From positions 608,802 through 672,801 of the forward strand of contig OZ252042.1 in assembly GCA_965247955.1 (NCBI GenBank): DNA of 64,000 nt, read 5' to 3'. Made by a program: the position numbers and the translations under genes. This DNA comes from Vicinamibacterales bacterium (GTDB lineage Bacteria > Acidobacteriota > Vicinamibacteria > Vicinamibacterales > UBA8438). This document shows, in pieces, positions 1-9,782 of this stretch. Within the stretch, counting starts at the first letter, position 1. Every line of letters starts with the position of its first letter. The notes beneath the pieces are model-generated. The model ran no database searches and was not told where the DNA came from. It saw only the letters and a program-made list of their open reading frames with translations.

Positions 1-1
1 C

Positions 2-670
2 GACAGCTTCACCAATGTGTACTCGCTCGAGACCATGGGATGGGGTACCTCAGCGGGACTCGCCGAACAACTTAGCTTTGCCCTGCGGCGCCAAATTGAT
101 CGGCTGAGCCAGAATGACAACGGGGCGTTCGCAACGCGTGAACTCCTTGCCGCAGAGCTTCGCCGAGGTCGCGACCGTCTCGCAGGAAAACGCCTAGTAA
201 TTTATCAATTCGCTAACCGCGAGCTATCGTTAGGTGACTGGAAACTAGTCGATCTAACGTTGAGCACACCGGACTACCTTTCAGCATTCCTGCGCCCAAG
301 CGACTCGATATCGGTTAACATCCGGGGTACTGTTCTCTCGATTGGTCCAATCCCCAGACCAGGCTCCGTTCCGTATCGCGACCACATCGTCGCGATCCAT
401 CTCAACAAGGTGGCAGTTGAAGCGGATGCTGGGTTAGGGAATAAGAGTGAAGCGTTAGTTTATGTGCGAAGCATGACGGATGGCGAGCTTACCCCAGTGG
501 CTAACTACCGCCCTGGCGACACCATCGAGCTTCGTCTGGAACCATGGGAGAACGTCGCCGCCGAGTTCAACGGCATCAATCGCGGTGAAGTTACTGATCC
601 AACCGTACTTCTCGCCGAGCCATGGTGGGGCCAGCTGGTCCAGCGCGGCGGTCCAGTCGAGCCATCGTGA
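2..670 (+). CDS. hypothetical protein, C-terminal fragment (gene begins upstream of the window)
   Basis: The frame is open from nt 2 (DSFTNVYSLETMGWG...) with no stop until 668-670. I can name no motif. It lies directly upstream of a sugar aminotransferase gene. Confidence 0.45.
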   Translation, partial: DSFTNVYSLETMGWGTSAGLAEQLSFALRRQIDRLSQNDNGAFATRELLAAELRRGRDRLAGKRLVIYQFANRELSLGDWKLVDLTLSTPDYLSAFLRPSDSISVNIRGTVLSIGPIPRPGSVPYRDHIVAIHLNKVAVEADAGLGNKSEALVYVRSMTDGELTPVANYRPGDTIELRLEPWENVAAEFNGINRGEVTDPTVLLAEPWWGQLVQRGGPVEPS

Positions 671-883
671 TATCCTCTGACCGCTGGAGGCACCTCGCAC
701 AGGATAATCGTTCCTGGTGTCTGGCTCGACACGATGTAATGACCAGGTGTCCCGCTTGAACACCATCTACTTCGATAATTTGGCATACGTCGGCCTGCTC
801 ATCGTGCAAATATTTTTTGCCGCTACCAACTCGCTTTGGCACCACGGAGAGCTCAGAAAGCTTGACCTGACGGAGGTCGTGCG

Positions 884-1999
884 GTGATTCCTCTCGCCGA
901 TCTACACGCGCAACACTCAGGCATTCGAGACGAGGTCGAGGCGGCCGTCATACGTGTACTGCGAAGCGGCCGCTATGCCTTGGGGCCAGAGGTCGAAGCC
1001 TTCGAACGGGAGTTCGCCGCCTACTGTGGCGTCCATCATGCGGTCGGCGTTAACTCTGGAACAAGCGCTCTCTACGTCGCTCTACTTACCTGTGGTGTTG
1101 GTCCAGAGGATGAGGTTATTACCGTACCACTAACCTTCATCGCAACGGTGGCGGCTATCAGGCAAACCGGCGCACGGGTGCGTTTCGTCGACGTCGATCC
1201 GGTGTCCTACACCATGAACCCAGCGCTGATTGCCGACGAGATCACCGACCGGACGAAGGCCATTGTCCCGGTTCACCTTTACGGGCAACCGGCTGACATG
1301 GATCCGATTCTTGCGATCGCACACCGCCACGGTATCGCTGTCATCGAAGATGCGGCCCAGGCCCACGGCGCCACCTATAAGAACCGCATGGTCGGCGGAT
1401 TAGGCGACCTCGGTTGTTTCAGCTTCTATCCGGCAAAGAACCTGGGAGCATGCGGCGAAGGCGGGATGATCCTGACCCAAGACCCCGAGCGAGCCCGCAT
1501 CGCGCGGATGCTACGGGACTGGGGTCAGGAAAGCCAGTATCACCATGTGTTGAAAGGCGGCAACTACCGGCTCGACGGCGTGCAGGGCGCGATTCTCCGA
1601 GTAAAGTTACAACATCTCGATAAGTGGAACGAAAGACGCCGTGCAATTGCGGCAACGTACATCGAGCGCCTAAGTAACTCTGGAGTGCGTACTCCTACCG
1701 AGATGGCTTATGCACGGCACGTCTACAACGTGTTCGCCGTTCTTACAGATCGCCGTGATATGTTGCGCGACGCTCTCCAGTCGAGGGCCATTAGTGTGGG
1801 AGTGCATTACCCTACCCTCGTGCACCGCCAGCCAGCTTACACTAGCCTTGATTACGGTGAAACGACGTTTCCCTGCGCCGACGCCGTCACGCGAGAGGAA
1901 CTTTCTTTACCTATTTATCCAGAGCTTTCGGATAAAAACATTCAACGGGTAACCGATAGTGTCTGCGAGGCACTCGCGAAGCGATCGGCTACGCCTTGA
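884..1999 (+). CDS. DegT/DnrJ/EryC1/StrS-family PLP-dependent sugar aminotransferase
   Basis: The full-length translation is typical of the family (LGPEVEAFEREFAAYCG, NSGTSAL, VIEDAAQAHGA, FSFYPAKNLGA.GEGG). A GTG start is preceded by GGAGG 7 nt upstream. Confidence 0.9.
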   Translation: MIPLADLHAQHSGIRDEVEAAVIRVLRSGRYALGPEVEAFEREFAAYCGVHHAVGVNSGTSALYVALLTCGVGPEDEVITVPLTFIATVAAIRQTGARVRFVDVDPVSYTMNPALIADEITDRTKAIVPVHLYGQPADMDPILAIAHRHGIAVIEDAAQAHGATYKNRMVGGLGDLGCFSFYPAKNLGACGEGGMILTQDPERARIARMLRDWGQESQYHHVLKGGNYRLDGVQGAILRVKLQHLDKWNERRRAIAATYIERLSNSGVRTPTEMAYARHVYNVFAVLTDRRDMLRDALQSRAISVGVHYPTLVHRQPAYTSLDYGETTFPCADAVTREELSLPIYPELSDKNIQRVTDSVCEALAKRSATP

Positions 2000-2133
2000 C
2001 TGGTCGCGTCACGCATGCTGGCAGTTCTTTCCGCACACGCCAACCACCAGCCAAATCAATACGTTGGAGGCGACTGTCGTCTCAGTAATATTAGTGAGCG
2101 GTATTCCAATAATCCCATCGTCTACCTACTGCC

Positions 2134-3276
2134 ATGCCACTAGGAAAGCAAATGCACAAGTATTTCAATACCTTTCTCAAATCTGCACTTCCGATTGTGC
2201 TCGTTACAATCCTGTTAGGCTGCTCTGCTGAAAAGAGCCGTAGTCCGCTGAGCCCGTCGATCGCCGGCCCGATCCAGGGTATCGGTATTTCCGCGCCATC
2301 ACCCGTTTCCCCGCTGAATGGCTTTCTGATCAAGGCTGCAGACCAGCCGATTCAACTGACATTTGAGCCAGCCACGTCAAACAGCGAGCGGCCTTTCTGG
2401 TACGAGTTGCAGGTAGCCACTGATAGCGAGTTTAGTCATGTCGTCTTCGCTGACTACCAGGTGCCGGCAACGACTGGACCCACTCAGGCCTATCAGTTGC
2501 CCAACATCCTCCCAACCGAGCAAACGTATCACTGGCGGGTCAGGGCGGTGGCCGGTGCCAACACCGGCCCGTTCTCGGCACCCATGGTATTCGACGTGTA
2601 TACGCCGCTGTCGGTCGGCACTCCGGAGCCGACGTCACCAGTCGGCAGCACTGTTACCGAGTCACGCGAAGCGACTCTAGTGGTTAGCAACGCGTCGATC
2701 ACCGGGCCGGTGTCGGCGATATCGTACCGGTTCGAGGTCGCCAGTGATTCTGGGTTTGCCATCATAGCAGTGGTACTGAACGTTGCGTCTGGCGATGCGA
2801 CTACCGTCGCCAACACCGGTGACCTGGACTGGGTCACTAACTATTACTGGCGTGCCCAAGCAGTCGCCGAGGGTCGAGAAGGCCAGGTAGTTGGACCGTG
2901 GTCAGTAGTAGCTACGTTCCAGACGCCTGAGGCTCCGCCACAGCCCCCAGCACCGGAGCCGTCCTGCTGCCCACCTCCAAATCGTTTTGAGGTGGTTCAG
3001 CAAGTCGCGGCTGAAACCGGTTATCCGTCCTCAGGGATCGACGTCACCGACTTCACACAGGTAGTTGCCGAACGTCTCGCACAAGAAGATTCAAACTGGG
3101 GACGTCGGATCAACATCACTGGTCCCATCGGAAAGGACACGGTCGCCTATCGAGTCGACGACCAGGACGACAATCCCTTCAGTATTGACATCGTGTTAGG
3201 TGCGACAGGTTCTAACCCGTCGATCCACTGGTCACCGCATGGACGAATTGGAGGAACCTGGATACCAGTTAACTAA
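2134..3276 (+). CDS. lipoprotein with two tandem ~100-aa beta-sandwich-like modules and a Cys/Pro-linked C-terminal domain
   Basis: It has a signal peptide with a lipobox (VTILLGC|S). Two internally repeated modules each end in a Y(H/Y)WR..A....G..GP(F/W)S motif. Confidence 0.7.
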   Translation: MPLGKQMHKYFNTFLKSALPIVLVTILLGCSAEKSRSPLSPSIAGPIQGIGISAPSPVSPLNGFLIKAADQPIQLTFEPATSNSERPFWYELQVATDSEFSHVVFADYQVPATTGPTQAYQLPNILPTEQTYHWRVRAVAGANTGPFSAPMVFDVYTPLSVGTPEPTSPVGSTVTESREATLVVSNASITGPVSAISYRFEVASDSGFAIIAVVLNVASGDATTVANTGDLDWVTNYYWRAQAVAEGREGQVVGPWSVVATFQTPEAPPQPPAPEPSCCPPPNRFEVVQQVAAETGYPSSGIDVTDFTQVVAERLAQEDSNWGRRINITGPIGKDTVAYRVDDQDDNPFSIDIVLGATGSNPSIHWSPHGRIGGTWIPVN

Positions 3277-3333
3277 GTGGATCCGATTTTGTGCGATAGG
3301 AACAGTCGATACAAATTCAGTGAGGACAGACCA

Positions 3334-4326
3334 CTACGCCTTCTGAGCGATGGAAACGTGGGACGCACCGGCCGTGCTGGGTTGTTCCAACACATCTCGA
3401 ACTACGTAGATCGGTTTACCCTGCGATTCGTGGTAGGTACGCGCCTGCAGCTCCGCCAGTAGCCCGAGAGTGACAAGCTGCATGCCACTGAAGATCATTA
3501 AGATCCCGAGAAGCAGGAGAGGCCGATCGCCGATGGCCTGCCCTCCGAAGAGCCGAACGTATCCCAGATAGCCGGTGATCCCCATCCCGATGGCTCCCAG
3601 CAGGAACCCGGTCGGACCGAAGATCTGCAGTGGCCGAGTCGAGTAACTGAGTAGAAACTTGACGGTCATCAAATCAAAAACGACGCGTAGGGTTCGAGAC
3701 AAACCGTATTTCGAACGGCCGAACTGGCGTGCACGATGGGTCACAATTAGCTCGGCAACCCGCACCCCAAGATCGCTCGCAATGGCTGGAATGAACCGAT
3801 GCATCTCTCCGTAGAGACGCAACGGCTTAATCACCTCTACGCGGAACACCTTCAGCGAGCAGCCGTAGTCGTGAAGCTTGACACCAGTCGTCGTCGAAAT
3901 GAGCCAGTTCGCGATCATCGACGGCACACGCCTGGTGAGCCAAGGATCCTTCCGGTCACGCCGCCACCCGCAGACGATGTCGTAGCCGCTCTCCAACTTG
4001 TCGATCATCGCTGGAAGGTCGCCAGGGTCGTTCTGTAGGTCGCCGTCAGATGTTACGATGACCTCCCCGCGGGCACGGTCGAACCCCGCTGCAAAGGCGG
4101 CTGTCTGTCCGAAATTACGTCGAAGGCGAACAACGCGAATCCGCAGATCCCGCGTGTGTAGCTCAGTCAGAATTCGAAAGGTATCGTCGGTGCTACCGTC
4201 GTCAACGAGAATCAGCTCGTAGGACCGCCCGCTTGCTTTTAAGGTCGCCGTGAACTCTCGATAAAGCTCTGAAAGATTTGGTGCCTCGTTATACAGGGGA
4301 ATGATGACTGAAATATTCGGTCGCAT
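3334..4326 (-). CDS. family 2 glycosyltransferase, polyprenyl-phosphate sugar transferase type (ArnC/GtrB/Dpm1-like)
   Basis: The translation shows VIIPLYNE, LVDDGSTD and a DGDLQNDP (DxD) motif. Two C-terminal TM helices are typical of this subfamily. Confidence 0.9.
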   Translation of the reverse strand: MRPNISVIIPLYNEAPNLSELYREFTATLKASGRSYELILVDDGSTDDTFRILTELHTRDLRIRVVRLRRNFGQTAAFAAGFDRARGEVIVTSDGDLQNDPGDLPAMIDKLESGYDIVCGWRRDRKDPWLTRRVPSMIANWLISTTTGVKLHDYGCSLKVFRVEVIKPLRLYGEMHRFIPAIASDLGVRVAELIVTHRARQFGRSKYGLSRTLRVVFDLMTVKFLLSYSTRPLQIFGPTGFLLGAIGMGITGYLGYVRLFGGQAIGDRPLLLLGILMIFSGMQLVTLGLLAELQARTYHESQGKPIYVVRDVLEQPSTAGASHVSIAQKA

Positions 4327-4342
4327 GGAATAGGCGTTCAGA

Positions 4343-4939
4343 TTATAGGGTTGGACGCCTGGCCCGCCACAGAAAGTACGCCGAACCTCCGATAAGCACG
4401 ATCACCGCCAGAATGAGCCCGACCGGTCGGCCGTTAGCCTCGAGGAAAGCAATGGCCTGCTCACCGTAGTGCACCGCCAACCAACCCTCGCCGAAATAGC
4501 GAAATCCGCGGCCAACGATGATCGCAGTGACGAACTGAGGAAGCGGCACCCGTGCGGCACCCGCCAGCACCACAAACACTTTGAACGGCGACGGTGGCGG
4601 TAGGATCGCTGCCACGAAGACCACTAATACGCCATAGCGCGCTAACTGCCGAAGCGCACGTTCAAGAGCAGGACCACCAAATCGACGCCTGACTAGCGCT
4701 TCGCCCGAATGCCGCCCGAGCACGTAAAGCACCAAACAACCGGCAAGCGAGCCCAAGGTTGCCATGAGCGCGTAGTACGGCATGCGTGCCTTATGCTCGA
4801 TGACCATCATGATTACCAGTAGGTCATTGACCTCAGGAAGCGACAGGAATGAGGAATCGAGAAACGCGATGAAAAAAAGTCCAGGCCCTCCAATAGATAG
4901 TGCGAAGGCCTGAATCCAGGAGATGATGCGGGACATCAA
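4343..4939 (-). CDS. DedA/VTT-family (YqaA-like) membrane protein
   Basis: It is polytopic and the N-terminus GGPGLFFIAFLDSSFLSLPEVNDLL is typical of SNARE-associated/DedA proteins. Confidence 0.75.
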   Translation of the reverse strand: MMSRIISWIQAFALSIGGPGLFFIAFLDSSFLSLPEVNDLLVIMMVIEHKARMPYYALMATLGSLAGCLVLYVLGRHSGEALVRRRFGGPALERALRQLARYGVLVVFVAAILPPPSPFKVFVVLAGAARVPLPQFVTAIIVGRGFRYFGEGWLAVHYGEQAIAFLEANGRPVGLILAVIVLIGGSAYFLWRARRPTL

Positions 4940-5031
4940 CAGGGTCGTGGCAGTCTCTGGCTAGATGTCATTGCCGCCACGTACAGTTGATTATACCCGA
5001 GCAGTTTATCCGAAGGATGTATAGTTCGCGC

Positions 5032-6345
5032 ATGAGGGACACCGTGGCTGCAGTGACCGTAGTCGAACCAGCTTCGTGCGTGCGTGGCATCCTTTCTGTC
5101 CCCGGTGACAAATCGATCTCACATCGATATGCCATCCTTGCCGCCCTCGCAGACGGGTGTTCGCTGGTTGACGGATACGCACCTGGCTCCGACTGCGCAA
5201 CAACGCTTGCCTGTCTGCGTGGGCTCGGAGTCGAAGTGGTAGCGCAGCGCTCACACGCTACGGTCACTGGGCTTAAGGTTACGATTCGAGGACGTGGACT
5301 CGGTGGACTTCGAAAAGCATCAAAACCACTCGACGCGGGGAACTCTGGCACGACGCTCCGTTTGCTCGCCGGTGTACTGGCCGCTTGCCCTTTCGACACC
5401 ACTATTACGGGGGACGCATCGCTACGACGTCGCCCCATGCAGCGGATCATCGAACCACTCGAATTAATGGGTGCTCGTCTTGAAACACGCACCGGGTCTC
5501 CACCTCTGATCATCCGAGGCAATACGTTGCACGGGATTGATTACGCGCCGACCGTTGCCAGTGCTCAGGTCAAGAGCGCCATCCTCCTGGCCGGGCTACA
5601 TGCACATGGTCCGACACATGTCAGGGAACGCACACAGACACGTGACCACACCGAGCGCGCCCTGCCTCTCTTCGGGATCGCTGTCAGCCAAGTTGGCCAT
5701 AAGGTCTCGGTAATCGGACATCAACCGCTACACGCCGTAAGTGTTCGAGTACCTGGCGACTTCTCATCCGCAGCGTTCTTTGCGGCCGCGGCTGCTGCTC
5801 TGCCAGGCTCCAATATTGAGATCCAAGGCGTCGGCCTAAACCCGACGCGCGCAATTTTCCTCAACGTGTTGCGCCGCGCCGGCGCCCATGTCACTACGGA
5901 GGTCACCGACAGCGTGGGGGGAGAGCCCTTCGGCACCTTGCGCGTTCAGCACGGACATCGTGCCTCCGTATCGGTTGGACCAGATGAGGTTCCAGCATTG
6001 ATCGACGAGCTTCCGGTACTAGCGGCGCTTGGCGCTCACGGTGGAGGCCTCAAGGTTACTGGCGCAGCCGAGCTACGCGCAAAGGAAAGCGATCGAATTA
6101 CTGTTCTAACCGCTGGTCTACGGCGACTAGGCGCTACGGTCGACGAACGCCCAGACGGATTCATAATTCACGCCCAGCGTCCGTTAACCGGAGGCACAGT
6201 TGACGCCGGCGGCGACCATCGCATGGCCATGGCACTTGCCATAGCCGCGCTCGGTGCCACTAGCCAGAGCGTCATCACTGGGGCCAATGTGGTCGATGTA
6301 TCGTATCCAGGATTCTTTACAGTGCTCGAGTCAATCTACGGGTAA
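5032..6345 (+). CDS. aroA: 3-phosphoshikimate 1-carboxyvinyltransferase (EPSP synthase)
   Basis: PGDKSISHR, LDAGNSGTT.RLL and DHRMAMA motifs are present across the full length. The track ORF starts at 4987. I prefer the ATG at 5032 or 5017, as the earlier codons look like leader. Confidence 0.95.
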   Translation: MRDTVAAVTVVEPASCVRGILSVPGDKSISHRYAILAALADGCSLVDGYAPGSDCATTLACLRGLGVEVVAQRSHATVTGLKVTIRGRGLGGLRKASKPLDAGNSGTTLRLLAGVLAACPFDTTITGDASLRRRPMQRIIEPLELMGARLETRTGSPPLIIRGNTLHGIDYAPTVASAQVKSAILLAGLHAHGPTHVRERTQTRDHTERALPLFGIAVSQVGHKVSVIGHQPLHAVSVRVPGDFSSAAFFAAAAAALPGSNIEIQGVGLNPTRAIFLNVLRRAGAHVTTEVTDSVGGEPFGTLRVQHGHRASVSVGPDEVPALIDELPVLAALGAHGGGLKVTGAAELRAKESDRITVLTAGLRRLGATVDERPDGFIIHAQRPLTGGTVDAGGDHRMAMALAIAALGATSQSVITGANVVDVSYPGFFTVLESIYG

Positions 6346-6348
6346 AGC

Positions 6349-6849
6349 GTGAGGACAGACAAAGTCTATCTAGTCGGCTTCATGGGCGCCGGTAAGACCA
6401 CTGTGGCTCGTACTCTTGGGTCGAAGCTCGGATGGCGGGTCGAGGACATCGACGAGCGGATTGAAGCGTCCGAGCACAAAACCATCACTAAGCTTTTCTC
6501 GCAGTACGGCGAACCCTATTTTCGAAAGATCGAACGTGAGATATTAGAGACACTATTGCCCCTTAAACACGTCGTGGTTGCAACTGGTGGTGGGACGTTT
6601 ATCGACCCGGTTAATCGACTGGCCATCAATAGCGACGGAGCTTCGATCTGGCTCGACATTAGTTTCGATGAAGCAGTCGCCCGCCTACCATCGAATAACC
6701 GACGCCCGTTGGCGGCAGACCGAACGACGATGCAAGGGCTCTACGATGCCAGGCGCAAGGGGTACGCCTTGGCGCATTTTCGATTGGATGCAGATCGTAC
6801 TCCCGTCGAGGAACTCGTTGAACGAATTCTGCACTGGGTTGAGCAGTGA
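6349..6849 (+). CDS. aroK: shikimate kinase
   Basis: It has the Walker A GFMGAGKTTV, an ATGGG motif and a size of about 166 aa. It lies 3 nt after aroA. Confidence 0.9.
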   Translation: MRTDKVYLVGFMGAGKTTVARTLGSKLGWRVEDIDERIEASEHKTITKLFSQYGEPYFRKIEREILETLLPLKHVVVATGGGTFIDPVNRLAINSDGASIWLDISFDEAVARLPSNNRRPLAADRTTMQGLYDARRKGYALAHFRLDADRTPVEELVERILHWVEQ

Positions 6850-7046
6850 TGCGAGCCTTGATCCTCAGCAACATCCACGCAAACATCGGGTAGCTGCATG
6901 CGGTCATTACAGTAGCGCCTAGGAACACTTGCGATGCGCTGTGGCTACTCGACAACCTCGTCTGGTACAGCGCCACAACCCTAATGACGTCGTTGAGCGC
7001 GTCTACGAGCCTGCCGCCGATCTATGTGGATCATTCACAACGCGGC

Positions 7047-7220
7047 CTACTGGCGCACGTCTGAGCTCCGAACGATCCGTGCCGCACGCTCCTCACGCCG
7101 TTTAAGCTCAGCGGCATATGCGTCGGCAGCCGCACGTGAGCCGAGGATCCACCCGATGACGATCCCGAACAGCAGTACGGCTGGGATGAAGATGAAGTGC
7201 CCGGCGGTCATGTCCAGCAT
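7047..7220 (-). CDS. small single-TM membrane protein (57 aa), last gene of the ccm operon
   Basis: It is not in the ORF track because it is under 60 aa. The ATG at 7220 lies 2 nt after the stop of the CcmD-like ORF. The translation is MLDMTAGHFIFIPAVLLFGIVIGWILGSRAAADAYAAELKRREERAARIVRSSDVRQ, one TM helix plus a charged tail. Confidence 0.35.
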   Translation of the reverse strand: MLDMTAGHFIFIPAVLLFGIVIGWILGSRAAADAYAAELKRREERAARIVRSSDVRQ

Positions 7221-7222
7221 GT

Positions 7223-7552
7223 CTATAAACTCTGCGACGTATCCTGTTCAGTGCGTCGAAAGAGCTCGGCGATCTCGCGTTCAGTGGCAGCCAGTCGACT
7301 ACCGATGTGCCACATATACCCAAACGCTAAGATCCAAATAATTGAGTAGGCAGCTACCAGAAACGGCGCGGCTGGCAACCTATCCTCTTGCGTTAGTTCG
7401 TCGATCGGCACAAACTCTTCCTGTGCCGGTTGCACCTGCACGCTTTCCTCTATCGCAGTCATGGTCAACGCGGCATGTGGTATCAGCGTCGAAAAAACAA
7501 CCAGAGTGACAACAACGCCAACCCGCCAACGCAAGATCGATAGTCTCACCAT
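7223..7552 (-). CDS. ccmD: CcmD-like heme exporter subunit with an extra N-terminal TM/signal segment
   Basis: It follows ccmC, with GAGG 5 nt before the ATG. The C-terminal part PFLVAAYSIIWILAFGYMWHIGSRLAATEREIAEL resembles CcmD (TM helix plus a short cytoplasmic tail). Confidence 0.55.
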   Translation of the reverse strand: MVRLSILRWRVGVVVTLVVFSTLIPHAALTMTAIEESVQVQPAQEEFVPIDELTQEDRLPAAPFLVAAYSIIWILAFGYMWHIGSRLAATEREIAELFRRTEQDTSQSL

Positions 7553-7567
7553 GTTTGCCTCGCTACC

Positions 7568-8230
7568 TTAATACTCTTCAAGACTCAAATACAGCTGTTC
7601 GAGGGTTGCACGTTGTTCTTCGAGCCGTCGACGCACCCAAAGCAGAGCGAAGAACAGCATTAAATACGCCCCCACACACCACCAGAACGCTCCTCCCATT
7701 TCTAGGGGTAGCGTTGGAATGACCGTTGTCTGCGGGTGAAGGGTTCGCCACACATCTACCGAGATATAGACGAACGGGACATTGACCATTCCAAAGATGG
7801 CCAGACCTGCCGCCATCCGCTCTGAACCTGGACCACCGTATCCACGAAGAAGCAAATACGTCAGAAACGTTAATTCGAGGATGAGAGCAAGAGTGGTCCG
7901 AGCATCCCACGGCCACCACACCCCCCACGACACTCTCGCCCAGAGCGGTCCAGTGGACAGCCCCATCAGTCCGAACAAGACAGCGAGCTCAGCAGACGCC
8001 ACAGCAAGCCGATCGGCAGCCGGCTTCTCCCTGAACAGATAGATCCCACTGGAGATTCCGCAAATGAAGACCGCAAGAAACATCATGAACCATGACGGAA
8101 CATGAAAATAAAAGATCTTCTGTACGAGTCCCATCGTTGACTCATAGGGCGTGAGCGCTACCAGCAACGGCGCCAGACCAAACATGACGGCGCCCCCGAC
8201 GAGCAGCCCTCGAAAAATCAGCTGATTCAT
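7568..8230 (-). CDS. ccmC: heme exporter/heme lyase protein CcmC
   Basis: It is a polytopic membrane protein with the Trp-rich heme-handling motif WARVSWGVWWPWDARTT. It sits in the ccmABC context. Confidence 0.9.
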   Translation of the reverse strand: MNQLIFRGLLVGGAVMFGLAPLLVALTPYESTMGLVQKIFYFHVPSWFMMFLAVFICGISSGIYLFREKPAADRLAVASAELAVLFGLMGLSTGPLWARVSWGVWWPWDARTTLALILELTFLTYLLLRGYGGPGSERMAAGLAIFGMVNVPFVYISVDVWRTLHPQTTVIPTLPLEMGGAFWWCVGAYLMLFFALLWVRRRLEEQRATLEQLYLSLEEY

Positions 8231-8271
8231 CCCTTTTCCCTGGTGCTAAAGATTTCAGAATCGAACGCGAG

Positions 8272-9000
8272 TCATTCTGCCATGAGCGGTTCGAATGTCC
8301 ATAGGGCCAACGTAACAAAAACGACATCAAAAAACACGAGCACAGTGACCCAGAACCGCGCCATGTCGAGATTTGGTTCTACCTGGATAAGCGCTCCCGT
8401 TCCACTTATCCCAGCGATCATAACGGGCACCGTCACAGGATATAGCAACACTGGGAGTAAACCGGCACGACTCCTGGTTCGCACAAGCATCGCCGCGAAC
8501 AGTGTCCCGACAGCTGAGAATCCCACGGTACCAGTAACGAGCAGCAACGTCATGATCAGCGAATACTCGAACCACGGCACCCCGAACATGAGCGTGATCC
8601 AAAAGACAACAATTAGCTCTACGACTGCCATCAATAGAATAATGCCGATGACTTTTCCAACGAAGATCGCAGATCGTTCTACGGGCGCCAGCATGAGACT
8701 ACGTAGCGCATCGTACTGCCGTTCCCGCTCGAACGCCCGACCGATGGCGAGCGTGCCTGAAAATGCAATCGTCACCCAGAGGATGCCAGCTGACGCGCCT
8801 TCTATCGGTTGTCCCCCGCGTACAAATGCAAACGCGAAAATCAGAACACACGACGCGGCGAATAGAAGCGTCGTGTAGAGCATCTCTCGGCTCCGAGACT
8901 CTACGCGTAAATCCTTACGCATGACAAGCCAGGCGATTCTGAAGAATGCTCGCATTAGCGTCTTGACCGTGACACCGCTCGAGTGGAAGGCACTTCGCAC
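8272..9000 (-). CDS. ccmB: heme exporter permease CcmB
   Basis: It is a six-TM protein between ccmA and ccmC, with a FERERQYDALRSL..APV region as in CcmB. The start is uncertain, either the GTG at 9000 or the ATG at 8955. Confidence 0.85.
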   Translation of the reverse strand: MRSAFHSSGVTVKTLMRAFFRIAWLVMRKDLRVESRSREMLYTTLLFAASCVLIFAFAFVRGGQPIEGASAGILWVTIAFSGTLAIGRAFERERQYDALRSLMLAPVERSAIFVGKVIGIILLMAVVELIVVFWITLMFGVPWFEYSLIMTLLLVTGTVGFSAVGTLFAAMLVRTRSRAGLLPVLLYPVTVPVMIAGISGTGALIQVEPNLDMARFWVTVLVFFDVVFVTLALWTFEPLMAE

Positions 9001-9028
9001 GTCACCAGCAACCCTAGAACCTTAACAG

Positions 9029-9754
9029 TCATGTCGAAGCCAATCGTTGCCGATAGCGTTCCCTGAGAGACGTTCCTGAAGCGGCCAACTCGACGATTCG
9101 TCCATCCAGCAACATCACGGCGCGATCGATAAGCCCGTCTACGAAGTCGAGGTCATGGGTCGCTAAGAGCACGATACGACCATCGCGTTTAAGCTTAAAC
9201 AGCCGCTCGGTTAGGTTCTGGCTCGAGGCTTCGTCGAGTCCAGCGAATGGCTCATCGAGCAGTACCAGCCGTGGGTCGTGCAATAAGGTGCGTTCGAGTG
9301 CCAGCCGCTGGCGCATTCCGCGCGAGAAACTCTGGACCTGGTCGTCACCACGTGTTTCGAGCCCCGCTAGGTTCAACGCCTCTCCGGCGCGGCGCGGTAC
9401 ATCATTGAGACCGTACAACCTCGCAAAGAATTCTAGGTTCTCGCGTGCGGTGAGCTCCGGATAGAGCTGCGGCTCGTGTGACAGGAAGCCGATCTGCGTG
9501 CGCAACAGTAGCCCACCGCCGACCGGATTAAGATCGCCGTATCGAACGAATCCTGACGACGGGTTAACGAGCGTCGCCAACACACCCAATAAGGTTGATT
9601 TCCCGGAACCATTCGGACCAAGCAACCCGACGATTTCACTAGAGCTCAAGTGGAGGGATACCTTGCGGAGTGCTCGTCGCCGGCCGTAGTGACGGGAAAG
9701 ATCAGAAACGGTTACCTCTTGGAAATCGCAGGCTTGTTCAGTGGTGGGCGACAT
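9029..9754 (-). CDS. ccmA: heme exporter ATP-binding protein CcmA
   Basis: It has Walker A GPNGSGKST, signature FSRGMRQR and Walker B LVLLDEP. The track ORF starts at a TTG at 9766, but I prefer the ATG at 9754. Confidence 0.9.
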   Translation of the reverse strand: MSPTTEQACDFQEVTVSDLSRHYGRRRALRKVSLHLSSSEIVGLLGPNGSGKSTLLGVLATLVNPSSGFVRYGDLNPVGGGLLLRTQIGFLSHEPQLYPELTARENLEFFARLYGLNDVPRRAGEALNLAGLETRGDDQVQSFSRGMRQRLALERTLLHDPRLVLLDEPFAGLDEASSQNLTERLFKLKRDGRIVLLATHDLDFVDGLIDRAVMLLDGRIVELAASGTSLRERYRQRLAST

Positions 9755-9782
9755 TGTTCGGCACAAACGTTATGTTATTACC

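Noticed and set aside
6343-6351. aroA and aroK are in the same frame, separated by TAA AGC, and were considered as a fused or recoded bifunctional gene.
   Set aside because: The stop is TAA, a GTG start follows directly, and separate aroA and aroK genes are the norm. There is nothing to suggest recoding.
8243-8878. A 211-aa plus-strand ORF, together with similar long antisense ORFs at 12445..13017, 14434..14919, 17637..18578, 36680..36931 and 43619..44389.
   Set aside because: They lie antisense to well-supported genes (ccmB, ccmF, ccmE, the LVIVD protein, the CMD-family gene, uvrB). Their compositions are low-complexity and Ser/Thr/Arg/Pro-rich, which is typical of shadow ORFs in GC-rich DNA.
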